Below are positions 1 to 13,845 of a stretch of 64,000 nucleotides of DNA, in pieces. How positions within the stretch are numbered: position 1 is the first letter of the stretch; each line of letters starts with the position of its first letter. The stretch lies in contig NC_043022.1 in assembly GCF_006345805.1 (NCBI RefSeq), positions 13,578,001 through 13,642,000 of the forward strand. The letters are read 5' to 3'. The notes beneath the pieces were generated by a model that was given only the letters and a program-made list of their open reading frames with translations, ran no database searches and was not told where the DNA came from. Both the position numbers and the translations under genes were made by a program. The stretch is from Octopus sinensis. Lineage: Eukaryota.

Positions 1-97
1 TCTATCTACCTATCTACCTGTGTACCTACCTATCTATCTATCTACCTACCTATCTGTCTATCTATCTATCTATCTACCTACCTACCTACCTACCTAC

Positions 98-133
<36 letters not shown>

Positions 134-145
134 TTATCTATCTAT
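1..145. repeat. (TATC)n/(TACC)n tetranucleotide microsatellite
   Basis: Direct tandem TCTA/CCTA units; explains the spurious YLSI ORF. Confidence 0.95.
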
Positions 146-1091
146 CTTATATATCTATCTTTGTTTCACTTTATCTATGTATGCATTGTTCTATCTGTCT
201 GTGTTAATCTACCTATGTCTCTCTCTATATCTGTCTGTGTGATGAAACACGAGAAGGCAAATGTCAGAATTAGACGCGTATTATTGTCATCACAGTAAAT
301 TCATTTACTTCATTCAGGGCAACAAACGAAGATAAGCAACAAGCCCTATTTACTAAGTTGCCGGACTATATCACCCTCGGTATTTAGTTAACTCCCTTAC
401 CTATTCTCTTGAAAATTTCGCCTCACCTTCGTCTTTCTTCGAGAAATTAATTAATTAAATTAGTACCATTAACAATACTGCATTAACAGACACCAATAAT
501 GAAATATATCTCTTATAACTTAGAGAAAACGTTATTACCTTTGTGAAAGTTTGAAACGTGCCGGAGTAAATGTAATGATGAATGCCGAACTAAATGTCTT
601 AAGCTATTTAATTATGTCCCTTTGTTCTTTTTAGCTTTTTTTATTTATATATTTTAGTTCTCTTTAGTTTTTGCTTTTCCATATAATATGTGGAGAAAGG
701 GATTTATAAATTAATTAGCGGTCATTAATATGATAGATTGGATTAATAGTCGCCACAAACGTATTCTTGACCTTGCCCCAAAATAAGAAAGCATTTAATG
801 AAGAAAGTAAAAGTTATTACGGATGCCATGGAATGAGAGAGAACCATACGAGATCTGTTGCGGGGGTTTAAATATCTGGGAGTTATTTTTTTCTTTTTCT
901 AATCACTTCCTTGCTGGAAATAAACTTCTTCTCATCCAGAATGGTTTAAATAAATACTAATACTTAATAATGATTATAATAAAGAATAATATAGGAAGAG
1001 GTCGATTGGCAAATATATATTTTTGTCCTATGGCATCGGGCATTTGTAGAATGGTGCAAACAGATGCCTTCTGTGTATACACACACACGCG

Positions 1092-1093
1092 TG

Positions 1094-1125
<32 letters not shown>

Positions 1126-1300
1126 TGTATGTATGTATGTATGTATGTATGTATGTATGTATGTATGTATGTATGTATGTATGTATGTATGTATGTATGT
1201 ATGTATGTATGTGTGTGTATATATATATATATGTGTGTGTGTGTGTCTCTCTATATATATATATATGTGTGTGTGTGTCTATATATATATATATATATAA
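1092..1300. repeat. (ATGT)n plus (TA)n/(GT)n microsatellite
   Basis: About 28 perfect ATGT units followed by TA/GT runs. Confidence 0.95.
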
Positions 1301-1872
1301 GACGAGAAATGAATGAAAAATAACACTCGAAGTAAACTTATGGAGGTGTTAATTTCATTATTTTTATTATAAAAAGATATCAAAAAGTTCGTATGTTGGC
1401 ATATGAACCATACTTTTACGCACTTCATTAATGACTGGAAGCTGCCTACACACACACACACATACACGCACATACACGCACGTACACAATGCTTCATGTA
1501 CGTGTTGTGTTGAAATGCGAGAAATAGCAGCCAACTGCCCCTCAAATCTCGGATCAAAACACCATTCTCTTAGAAATGGTTGGGGGTCGTTGGATTACTT
1601 GTATTATGCGGTCTTACGTAGGAATTTCGAACGAAAATTAAATGGAAAATAAATATAAAGAAAAAGAACCCGGATTGGGTGTAGATGGCTAAAATGTCTG
1701 AGTTTAATCATAGGTGTGTTGGTGTGTTTCATTAAAACTAAGAAAAATTAGTGTTAAATAAATCGTCGTTTCCATTTTTTGTTGTGTATGTATGTTTGTA
1801 AAGAAAAAGAAACGGACATAAGTATTTGTGAGTGTATATATATATATACACACACACATATATATATATATA

Positions 1873-1916
<44 letters not shown>

Positions 1917-2899
1917 TGTATTCTAAAACGTTGTTTAGCTTTGAGCTCGACACTTGATCGAACATACCTATCTACGATCAAAGGTTTCCAACCGTGTCCC
2001 TCCTGTCTGAATTTTTATTCAACGACAGTCAATTCAGATTTACAACAAAAACCATTCAAGTCGTTCACACACCTATCTCATATTATTAGGCCTTGTATAT
2101 CTTGGGCTACGCTGTCGAATGTCTTCCACATTAAGAATAGATTTGGCTATTATTTCTAGTTAATGGGTTAGGCATAGTGATTCTTTTTTTATTTTTTTTA
2201 TTTACTTGAAAGTATTAAGAGGTTCGATGTGACTTATGTTTAGCAGAAGGGATCTGGTTTGGTTTGTGGTGGCCATTTTCTCAATTTATAAAGGAAATGG
2301 AAAATTTAAAATCATATGGAAACCTCTCTCTCTCTCTCTCGTTATATATATATATATATACATACATATATATATATATATACGATACAAGTACCTATAT
2401 ATATATATATATATAATGTGTGTGTGTGTCTATCTTTCTCAATGACCAACAGATGTGTGAAGTGTTAATGTTAATGAAAATTTGGGTATCTTCGCTTTTA
2501 CGGTCCTAAATTGAAATTGGTCTTTTGACTGCGCTTATATAGACATTACATACATACATAAAAGTTTATATATATAATTATTTGTGCGTGTGTAACGAGA
2601 AATGATTTTTATATTCATAAACAATAGTTATGGAGAAATTTATTCAACTCGTATTTCAAAGTAGTCGTATCATCATCATCGTTACACACATACCTACTCA
2701 CTCATACAACGATGATGGTGATGATCTTGTAACTAGGTTGTGATAGATATAAACGTGTGTAAATAAATAAAATTCTTTATTTCCAGATTGCCGAACAGTT
2801 CGTCCAATGTGATAAAAAATATATATAACATTAAAAATAATTATAATATATATATATATTATGTAGTGAGTTCTGTTTATCCTGTTTGCTCTATTTAAA

Positions 2900-2914
2900 G
2901 GATAGATAGATCGT

Positions 2915-3001
<87 letters not shown>

Positions 3002-3210
3002 GTATATAGATAGATAGATATATAGATAGGTAGGTAGATATATAGATAGATAGATAGAAAGATAGATAGATCGTTAGATAGGTAGGTAGGTAGATAGAGA
3101 GATAGATAGATATAAAGATAGATAGATAGATACGTATAAATGGGTTTCTTGAAAGATCTACGCATAGTCGTGTTTTATTAGATAGATAGATAGATAGATA
3201 TATAGATATA
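2900..3210. repeat. (GATA)n microsatellite
   Basis: Tandem GATA/GGTA units. Confidence 0.95.
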
Positions 3211-4346
3211 AAGGCAGAAACAAAAGTGCACATTCTACATGTGCAATAAGAGCGTGTATATTTTTTATATCAGCAAACAACTTCTTGCTGGGTATGGCCA
3301 TTTAACTCAACTTGGCAGAAAGCTGCCATTGAGTTTTGGCATCGTATATATTTATTACCATAAGGCAACACATAATACAAGTGTGGTGGTGGTGGTGGGG
3401 TTAAAGTACAGTCGAAAGACCGAGTTAAATTATCTAGGACCCGGTAATTAAGCGAAGATACCCGAAAAAATTCTTGGCCACAGAATATCAATCCAGATTT
3501 AGGGTGGACACGAAGGGAGATAACTCTTGCCGGTTGTAGGTGAATAACGCATCCATGTCCCCCTCACCTCGTTAATGCCTCCCTTTTTCTCTTAACACCT
3601 AATATATTTCTCACCTTTATTACCAACTCATTTCCTGTTCTTGCTTCTCCAAAACCTTCCCTCAACCATAACAAGACCTTCTATTACCTGTGTTTCACTT
3701 TACTTTATTGTTTTATAGCTTTTTACTAATTTTAGTTCTATTTCATCTTATTTTATATATATTTTTTCTCTCTTTTCCTCCTTCGTCTTCCAAACCATTT
3801 TCTCTTCTATTCTTTCCTGTATTCTCAATCTTTCGCGTTCTCTCCATTCTACGTTTTTATCCCTCACCCGTATTTGGGTCTTTTTTGTTTCCTTATAAAA
3901 TAAAACTAAAGTATTTAATATATTGCATTTTATTTTGTTTTGTAAAAGAATTTTCCAAACGTTGGAGATGTATATATATATATATATGAATATATATACG
4001 TACTTTAGAGGTCACAATAATTACTATCAACTGGTTTATATATATGTGTGTGTATATAATATATATATACACACACACACATATATATGTAGGTATGTGT
4101 ACGTCAACATACGTTTATAGATCGATCAATTGACTTGTAAATATAGACATTTCACCTTATATAAATCACTCCGAAGATCAGTAATCGTCCGGTTTCAGCA
4201 ATGGTCAAATAACTTTACCATTCTCGCTTAATAAACACAAAGAATGTTTTTAAAAAATATAAAGTATTATGCATGCATAAAGTGTGTCTATCTATCTATC
4301 TATTTTTCTATCTATCTCTATCTATCCATATATATATATATATACA

Positions 4347-4402
<56 letters not shown>

Positions 4403-4474
4403 ATATATAGTAAATGTGTGTTTAACATATATATGTTCTCTTCGGAATGCTTGTTCCTGTAAGCTTTTCTGTGC

Positions 4475-4513
<39 letters not shown>

Positions 4514-4859
4514 GATGTACATATATTTTCCGATCAGCCCAAAATTTAAATATACATACATGTATATTACTACAGATATTTCTCTGCCGATTATATTGAA
4601 AGTTATCCTATTCCAAGAAACATTTCCCAAGAAAAAAAAAACCCCAGAAATAACTACATATACAGAAGACATAATATACCAATAAATGGGGGAAAAAAAA
4701 GACCTATTCGATTCCCTTTCTCACTCTGTCCATTTCTTTTCCAAAATTTTACAATAGTACAAGTGAAGGTTTGTGATTTTTTTCTATCCTTCTTCCTTGT
4801 TGAATTGCTGTTTAGCTTTTATTATATATTTTATTTCACTCTATGATTCTATTTAATTT

Positions 4860-5268
4860 TTAAAGAGAAAAAACCTTCGGTCAAAATCATAGAAAACAGA
4901 AAAAAGGAAGAAAAAAAAACTCCTGAACACGGCCCGATTCCCCACCACCACCCTCTACGCCGCCGCCGCCGTCGCCGCCTCCACCTTTTTATAACTCTCA
5001 ACACCTCCACCACCACCACCATCATCGGTATCACTGTACCCACCATCACCTCCTCTGTGACTATCACCGCCTCCTCCACCACCCCTTCCACGCGCACTGA
5101 CGCTATTATAACACCTAACACCAATACTTGTACTACTGTTTATTAAACTACCAGTGCTGTCTGTCGCTATCTACTGCCACTTCTCTCAGCTGAGAGCATT
5201 CTAGTTTATTTATTAGTTTATTTTACTGCCTGAATCAATTCTAAAGACATACATACACACACTGCAAA
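4860..5268 (+). other. Candidate non-coding 5' exon of the zinc-finger gene (start uncertain)
   Basis: CpG-containing GCC/CAC-rich stretch ending in a consensus donor AAA|GTAAGT (GT at 5269-5270), inside a SINE-free region. A non-coding upstream exon is required because the exon at 16366 has an acceptor. Linkage is unproven. Confidence 0.3.
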
Positions 5269-6329
5269 GTAAGTAAAAGTATATATATATATATATACAT
5301 CTCTCTATCTTATATTAACATTGGTTTGTTTGAGAGGCCTCTTCGCTCTATGAAGTAACTTCATCGTTTAAATAATCCATTAGGAGAAAAATTTAGCAAG
5401 GATAGGAAAGAAATTTGCTTTTGCGATTTCTTTTGTTATTATCATTATTATTCCTCTCCCGATAAGTCCTGTTTTTGAGGTTCTAAAAGACTTCTTTTAC
5501 CAACTTCCAACTTTTCTCCCCATCTTTTCCCCTCTCTCTCTCTATCCTCATATTATTCCTATCCGAAAATATAATAATACTTTCTCTGAGTTCGTTCTTT
5601 CCTTACTTTAAACTTCAACTCCAAGTTGGGGGGGTTGTGTCTTGTTATTTTCTCCCCCCAGCTTTCCTTGCTTTTATTCTAAATTATTTTTTTCACTCTG
5701 AGATAGAGAGAGAGAAAGAGCGAAAGAAAACCCTCCACTCATCCGAAAAAAATACAACAATCACGTACAAGCTAATATCTATAAAACTATACTTCGCCGA
5801 CAATTTTCAGATAAACCATTCACACCATTTAGATACCAATCATAATAACGATTAGAATAATAACAGCGATTTCTTTTAATAACCATAATTAATGAAGACG
5901 ATGATGCTAATAAGATCAATGATTCTTTAGAGAAGGAATTTTGAGGGTCTCCTTTCTCATTTCATTTAATATCTCCTGTCCTAATCATTTGTTTTGGTTG
6001 TCAGTTTCATATTGTTAATAACACTACTAGTTATAATAACAATACTAACCCTTGTTGCTGATATTATTATCATTATTGTTATTATTATTATTATTATTAT
6101 CCTTGTTTGGTGGACAACTATGCCAAACAGGGTCCGTTTCTCACTCTTTCTCTTTCTCCTCTTCTCCAATTCTTTGAGCTTCTCTCGCTCATATATATAT
6201 GTATGTATATATGTATGTATATATATGTATATATATGAATTTTCGCAACTAATCATTTGTTGTTTGTATTGTTATTTTTGTTCTATTTTTTCTCTTGCTA
6301 GTTGCAACATTGTGTGCCTGACATTGTTT

Positions 6330-6564
6330 AACATATATATACATATGTATATAATATAATATAAGATATATATATTAGAAAAATTATATATATATATATA
6401 TTATATGTATATGTAATATATATATGTATATATATATGTATATATATGTATATATGTATATGTATATATATATATGTATAATATATATGTATAATATGTA
6501 TATATGTATATGTATATATATATATGTATATATATATATGGTATATATATGTATTATATATATG

Positions 6565-6596
<32 letters not shown>

Positions 6597-6991
6597 TAGA
6601 GTAATATATATATGTATATATATATATGTATATATATAGTATATATATATATAATATATATACATATGATATATGTATATGTATATATATATATGTATAT
6701 ATATATGTATATGTATATGTATATATATATATGATATATATAATGTATATATATAATATATAATATGTATATATATATAGTATATATATATATGTATATA
6801 TATATATGTATTATATATATGTATATATTATATGTATATGTAATATATATATGTATATATATATGTATATATATGTATATATGTATATGTATATATATAT
6901 ATGTATAATATATATGTATAATATGTATATATGTATATGTATATATATATATGTATATATATATATGGTATATATATGTATTATATATATG

Positions 6992-7023
<32 letters not shown>

Positions 7024-7091
7024 TAGAGTAATATATATATGTATATATATATATGTATATATATAGTATATATATATATAATATATATATG

Positions 7092-7123
<32 letters not shown>

Positions 7124-7401
7124 ATATATAGTATATATATGTATTATACATATGTATATATATATATATATACATATGATGTATATATATATAGTATACA
7201 TATGTATATATATATATATTATTAACTATGATATATGTTATGTATATATATATATGTATATATATATATGTATAGTATATGTATATATATATATGTATAT
7301 ATAATATGTATATATATATATATATATATTATGTATATATATTGTATATATATATAATGTATATATATATATGTATATATATATATGTATATATATATAT
7401 G

Positions 7402-7432
<31 letters not shown>

Positions 7433-7520
7433 GTATATGTATATATGTATATGTATATATATATATGTATATATATATATGTATATATATGTGTATATAT
7501 GTATATATATATATATATAT
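6330..7520. repeat. Complex (TA)n/(TATG)n satellite with a ~427-bp internal duplication
   Basis: Almost pure A/T/G alternation; the identical pseudo-ORF text ends at 6639 and 7066. Confidence 0.9.
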
Positions 7521-8387
7521 CCGTATCCTAAATACGTAGAGAAAATTTCGACCAAGGAAAAGAACGAAACAAAAATAACAGGAATTTAATTAGCCATAAA
7601 GAACATCGGATCAAACAGGGGAACTACTAAACCCTTCGAATTCATTAAACGAATTGTTATTTTCTGTTTTTCAGTTACAAATCTGTTAAAACAAACCTTC
7701 CAAACCACTTATCCATTTCTTCTTCTCTATCTATATATCTCTCTCTCCCTCTTTCCATTTGTAGATGTATGCGTATGTGTGTGTGTGTGTTTTTAGAGTT
7801 TAACATAGGTTTTCAAGACTCAAGCTTTAATAACAGAGAGAGAGAGAGAGAGAGAAACCAGGAGGTTGTAACGTTCATGCTTTATCCAAGGGCATTTAGC
7901 GACATAGTGAAATAATTCTATGGCTATATCTCTCCTTTCTCCCATCAATGTTCTTCAAAAGAAACAGAAAAACTAGGTTGGTTGATTATTAAACTAACCC
8001 ATTTCATTGACGATAAAGAAAATGAAGCAGCAATCTTTGTGGTTCGCCAAAGAAATCTCTTACTCTCTTTTCTGCTATATGATTTTTTTAAATCTCATTC
8101 TCTCCATGTTTTTATCAAGGTTCAATTTATTCGAGGTAATAGTTTTTTTTGGTTTTGTTTTGTTCTTTTTTTTTTTTTTCATTTTTGTTGGATTCTTCTT
8201 CGGAAGGTTTAATATCTTTTTAATCGCCTTTTTTTATTCCTTCCCAATTTTCGATTTCATGAAATTGTATTTAAAGGTAATTCTTGGATGTTCACGATTA
8301 CCAACTGTTAAATGTTCTCTGCGTAAACTTGTGTCTCTTTGAAATGCAACACACATACACACACAATATATATATATATTATATATA

Positions 8388-8438
<51 letters not shown>

Positions 8439-8646
8439 GTGTTTGTAAATACATTCAGAAAACAAACTTTTGGTGTTTTGTCATAACGCACCTGTTAATT
8501 ACATTGAATATAACTGGGTAAATAGTAAACATACATTCAAATATATATATAAATATGTATGTATATATTATGTGTGTGTATATATATTATGTATATATCT
8601 ATGTATGTGTGTATGTATATATATAATGTATATATCTATATCTGTA

Positions 8647-8677
<31 letters not shown>

Positions 8678-9148
8678 TATGTATATGTATGTATATATAT
8701 GTGTGTGTGTGTGTGTGTATAAATGTATGTGTGTTACATGTATACAAATACATACATTTATTTTTGTATATTTATATTTATATTAATTATGTATATGTGT
8801 ATAAATGAATACACACACACACGTTATATCATCAAATTTCGGGGTGATGGGACAGGTTTTATACAGCTGGATGCCCTTCCTGTTGCCAACCCTCATCCTT
8901 TGAACATGACCATCACACTGCTAGGCCCCTTTTTAATGGGACATTGCTTGTATGTTTACAAATGGTGTGCCATATCAAGACACAGACACCCAAACACATG
9001 TATGTGCAAATGAACAGTGACCCCTCCTTGGCTGGTGGAGCACCCAACATCATGTATTTGTTTTTATGATATTACCATTATCATCATTGTTTAATGTCTG
9101 TTGGTATGGGTTGGATAGTGTATATGTGTGTGTATCTCCCTTTCTATA

Positions 9149-9570
9149 TACTCTTTACTCTTTTACTTGTTTCAGTCATTTGACTGTGGCCATGCTGAAG
9201 CACCGCCTTTAATCGAGCAACTCGACCCTGGGACTTATTCTTTTGTAAGCCCAGTACTTATTCGATCGGTCTCTTTTGCCGAACCGCTAAGTAACAGGGA
9301 CATAAACACACCAGCATCGGTTGTCAAGCAATGCTAGGGGGACAAACACAAACACACACATGCATATGTATATATATATATACACATACATACATACACA
9401 TATATACGACGGGCTTCTTTCACTTTCTGTCTACCAAATCCACTCACAAGGCTTTGGTCAGCCTGAGGCTATAGTAGCAGACACTTGCCCAAGGTGCCAC
9501 GCAGTGGGACTGAACCCGGAACCATGTGGTTGGTAAACAAGCTACTTACCACACAGCCACTCCTGCGCCT
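9149..9570 (-). mobile_element. tRNA-derived CORE-type SINE, family A (head GGCGCAGGAGTGGCTGTGTGGTAAG)
   Basis: A/B-box head (GGTTCAGTCCC), CORE-like CCTTGGGCAAGTG segment, central (TA/GT)n and a GTAAAAGA-repeat tail; more than ten similar copies in the window. Confidence 0.9.
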
Positions 9571-9584
9571 ATATATATATATAT

Positions 9585-9880
9585 CATCATCATCGTCTAA
9601 CGTCCATGTTCCATGCATGCATGCTTAGGACGGTTGACAAGAGCTGGCCAGGTAGAAAAACTACCCAAGGCTACTGTGTCTGTTTTGACAAGCTTCTTAC
9701 AGCTGGATGTCCTTCCCAACACCTACCACTCTGCAGAGTGGACTCGGTGCTTTTTACATGGTACGAGTAGAGGCTAGGCTAGTTTTGGCATGATTTTTAC
9801 AGCCGGATGCCCTTCCAAATGCCAACCACTTTCCAGTGTGGACTGGATGCCTTTTACGCAGAACCAGCACTGGTAGGGTC
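9585..9880 (-). mobile_element. 3' end of the (GAT)n-tailed RTE-type LINE family, degenerate
   Basis: Starts CATCATCATCGTCTAACGTCC and contains CAGCTGGATGTCCTTCC, matching 22690-22835 in reverse. Confidence 0.75.
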
Positions 9881-9989
9881 ACCATATATTTATATATACA
9901 CACATGTATGCTCATCAACATTTTAACCTGCACTTTTCCATGCTCGCATGGGTCGTTTGGAATTTGTTGGGGGAAGATTTCGATATAAG

Positions 9990-10740
9990 AGCTATATCAC
10001 CCACATAGGGGAGCTGTCACTTGTTGCCAGTCTTAAACTGCTTTCATATAGCTTGGAAGATTTTAATGAACAGGAATGGCCTGTGTACAGAGTCCTGTTG
10101 TACCCCAACCTGAACCCTAAATTTGTTGCAGAACCCATTGCTAATTTTCTCCTTGCTGATTGCACCTCTGTACATGACTGACATGTTTCTCGCACACCAT
10201 TCATCCATACCTAGTCTTCTCAGCATTCACAAGATCACAGAGCGGAGAACCCAATCAAAGGCCCTCTCTAGTTCATTAAATGTCAGAGATAGAGGTTTTC
10301 TCTTGGTTTAGTACTTCTCCCAAGCACAAAACCAAACTGCATTTCACCAAAGTGGAATTCTCATCCTAATTCGTTAATCTGATAACTCTTTTGATAAGCT
10401 TTTATAACCTATTCTAACAATTTGATACACCTGTAATTACCTTTCTCTAAAGTATCACATTTACCTTTGTAGTAGTTGATGATGATGCTGCTACACCAGT
10501 CGTTAAGCATGGTAACTTCCTAAAACTATGTGATTGATCATACTGGTGACTAACTTGTATCCAATTCTGCCGGAGGATTTTAAGCCTCTCAATGGTGACT
10601 TCTGATGAATCAGGTGCATATCTTTGTTTTCATATCTGTGATTGATTTATCAACCATACTGCATTCAATTTGTATGGCTGGTCCCTAGACCTTTCTCCCT
10701 ACACAACAGACATAATCTTCTCCTTTCCACAGTTAAAAAA
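9990..10740 (-). pseudogene. Degenerate RTE-type LINE reverse transcriptase fragment
   Basis: Minus-strand translation ...FDWVLRSV..MLRRLGMDEW...FRVQVGVQQDSVHRPFLFI resembles the RT motifs AFDRVPR and GV(H/R)QGSVLSP, with stops and frameshifts. Confidence 0.75.
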
Positions 10741-10788
10741 AAATATGATGACATTAAAAACAACCATCTATTATGATAGGTCGTTAAC

Positions 10789-11446
10789 CACTACATACAT
10801 TTTTTTCCTCTCCTTGTTTTTTCTGTGTCCCTTTCTGTAGAAGAGCGTAGGCTCGAAATGTAAAATACTTTTTCTATTCCTGAGCGTTATACTAATACAT
10901 CTGTTTGTTTTGTACACCACCTGTCTTCGCCTTTTGTTTTTTTCATAAACTCTCCCTATATATATACACACACACATATCATTAAAACTAAAGATACACC
11001 CATACACCACTAAAGATACATGCCTGTATATAGCCACTACACACATTTTTTTCTCTCCTTGTTTTTTCTGTGTCCCTTTCTGTAGAAGAGCGTAGGCTCG
11101 AAATGTAAAATACTTTTTCTATTCCTGAGCGTTATACTAATACATCTGTTTGTTTTGTACACCACCTGTCTTCGCCTTTTGTTTTTTTCATAAACTCTCC
11201 CTATATATATACACACACACATATCATTAAAACTAAAGATACACCCATACACCACTAAAGATACATGCCTGTATATAGCCACTACACACATTTTTTTCTC
11301 TCCTTGTTTTTTCTGTGTCCCTTTCTGTAGAAGAGCGTAGGCTCGAAACGTAAAAGACTTTTTCTATTCCTGAGCGTTATACTAATACATCTGTTTGTTT
11401 TGTACACCACCTGTCTTTTGTTTTTTTCGTAAACTCTCCCTATATT
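10789..11446 (+). repeat. 245-bp tandem repeat (~2.7 copies) with a hammerhead-like motif; probable Penelope-type repeat/retrozyme
   Basis: Motif CTGTAGAAGAGCGTAGGCTCGAAA starts at 10835, 11080 and 11325 (period 245). Confidence 0.85.
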
Positions 11447-12002
11447 ATAGGTGTAGCTGTGTGATTAAGAAGTCTGCTTCTCAAGCATGTGGTTTTGGGT
11501 TCAATCTCACTGTGTGGCACCTTTGGCAAGTGTCTTCTACCACAGCTCCGAGCCAACCAAATCCTTGTGAGTGGATTTGGTAGACAGAAAATAGAAGAAG
11601 CCCATCATGGTGTGTGTATATATATATACCCTTGTCTAGACATCCCATGATTGTTGCAAATAAGCATTATCATCATATAAGTAAGGTTAATCTCCAGTCT
11701 TCCACAAAAACATGTCTGGTTATAGGCAAATATTACCTTGCTTGGAAACAGGCGAAGGGTTGGTGACAGGAAGAGCATGTGTCTGTAGCAAATATTCTTT
11801 AACAAATTCTGTCTGTTCCATGCACAGTTTAGTGGTGAGGGTGTTGAACTCACGATTGTAAGATTGTGGTTTTGAAACCTGGACCAGGTAATGTGTTGTG
11901 TTCTTGAGCAAAACACTTCATTTCAAGTTGTTCCATCTACTCAGCGGGTGAGAGTGAGTAAACCTTTGAGGGACCAGCGTCCTGTCCAGGATGGAATATA
12001 TA

Positions 12003-12768
12003 TTTATTTCTTTATTGACCACAGGAGGCTAAATATAAAAGGGACAAGCAAGGACAGATAAAAGGGTTAAGTCGATTACATCAGCTCCAGTGCATAACTT
12101 GTACTTATTTAATTGTCCCTGAGAAGGATGAAAGGCAAGTCAACCACAGCGGAATTTGAACTCAGAACGTAACGGCAGACGAAATGCCTATTTCTTTACT
12201 ACTACAAGGGGCTAAACACAGAGAGGACAAACGGCTTAAGTCAATTATATCGACCCCAGTGCGTAACTGTACTTATTTAATGGAACCCGGGAAGGATGAA
12301 AGGCAAGTTGACCACATCGGAATTTGAACTCAGAACGTAACGGCAGACGAAGTATCTATTTCTTTACTACCCACAAGGGGCTAAACACATAGACGACAAA
12401 CAAGGACAGACAAACGGATTAAGTCGATTATATCGACCCCAGTGCGTAACTGGTACTTATTTAACCGACTCCGAAAGGATGAAAGGCAAAGTTGACCTCG
12501 GCGGAATTTGAACTCAGAACGTAACGGCAGACGAAATACCTATTTCTTTACTACCCACAAGGGGCTAAACACAGAGAGGACAAACAAGGACAGACAAATG
12601 GCTTAAGTCGATTATATTGACCCCAGTGCGTAACTGGTACTTATTTAATCGACTCCGAAAGGATGAAAGGCAAAGTTGACCTCGGTGGAATTTGAACTCA
12701 GAACATAACTGCAGACGAAATACTGCTAAGCATTTCGCCCGGCATGCTAACAATTCTGCCAGCTCGCT
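12003..12768 (-). mobile_element. Tandem array of family B SINE (head GGCGAGCTGGCAGAAACGTTAGC): four 3' portions plus one head
   Basis: CTATTTCTTTACTAC...GAACGTAACGGCAGACGAA repeats at ~12004, 12188, 12356 and 12540. The central GCCTTTCATCCTTTCGGGGTCGAT segment resembles the Meta/MESC SINE domain (recalled, not searched). Confidence 0.9.
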
Positions 12769-13214
12769 GCACTTTAGGATGGAATATACACACCAGGGAA
12801 ACTGGCTCTATGCTCCTTACAGAGTAATGTGGAGTAATCACGCAAGCTTGGAAAAATGAGCGTTAAAGGGTGATGATCTTTGCTGCTTTTGTTGACATCT
12901 TGAAGGTATTTTACCTTGTAAATAGGGAATACCATGATTGGGTTCTCCCCATGCTTACTCAGGATTGGTCAGTTATTCCACATGGCCATGAATGAAATAA
13001 GGGGTCTTCTCTACCCTAGTGGAGTGAAACAGAGTTGTGTTGTTTACTCCTACTTTATTTCGCATCTTTGCTCTCATCCTGAAATACACTTTTAGAACAT
13101 TAATTAATGAAGTTTACTTTCATACGAAATCAGATGCAAAAATGCTCAAACTTGTCCTGATTGTTAGGGGATAAAAAACCCAAAGTACACATAAAGCATG
13201 GCTGCGTGGTAAGG

Positions 13215-13450
13215 GGGCAAGCTAGCAGAAACGTTAGCGCGAGGGGCAAAATGCATAGCGGTGTTTCGTCTGCCGTTACGTTACGAGTTCAAATTCCGTC
13301 GAGGTCAACTTTGCCTTTCATCCTTTTGGGGTCGATAAATTAAGTACCAGTTACACACTGGGGTCGATGTAATCGACTTAATCCCTTTATCTGTCCTTGT
13401 TTGTCCCCTCTATGTTTAGCCCCTTTGTTGGTAATAAAGAAATAAGAAAC
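13215..13450 (+). mobile_element. Family B SINE
   Basis: Same head, GAGTTCAAATTCC B-box-like motif, central domain and GTAATAAAGAAATA tail. Confidence 0.85.
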
Positions 13451-13661
13451 TTGCAGCCCAACCACTTGGTTTCTGGTTCAGTCCTACTGCACAGCATCTT
13501 GGACAAATGTACTTGACTATAGCCCCAGACCAACCAAAGCCTTGTGAGTGGATTTCGGTAGGCAGAAACTGAACGAAGCCTGTCAGAATGCTCAGCCAGA
13601 ATTTGAGAGGTTCATGGTTCAATTCTCTATAATGTTTTGCTAGCTACTTTTTTCCATCTTC

Positions 13662-13845
13662 TAAGGATATTTACCTGAGTCTCCTAAGGATATATACCTG
13701 AGTCTCCTAAGGATATTTACCTGTGTCTCTGAAGGATATTTACCTGAGTCTCCTAAGGATGTTTACCTGAGTCTCCTAAGGATATTTACCTGTGTCTCTT
13801 AAGGATATTTACCTGAGTCTCCTAAGGATGTTTACCTGAGTCTGC
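13662..13845. repeat. 23-bp minisatellite (TAAGGATATTTACCTGAGTCTCC) x ~8
   Basis: Direct repeats at 23-nt spacing. Confidence 0.95.

Noticed and set aside
20-9013. Dozens of YI/MYVC/YLSI-type ORFs in the track (also at 34.3-35.3, 48.3-48.9 and 51.8-52.7 kb)
   Set aside because: They are translations of (TA)n, (ATGT)n, (TATC)n and (GT)n microsatellites or of tandem repeats; there are no splice signals or protein-like composition.
12860-13030. Possible further LINE RT remnant (FVDILKVF..)
   Set aside because: Too degenerate to support by eye.
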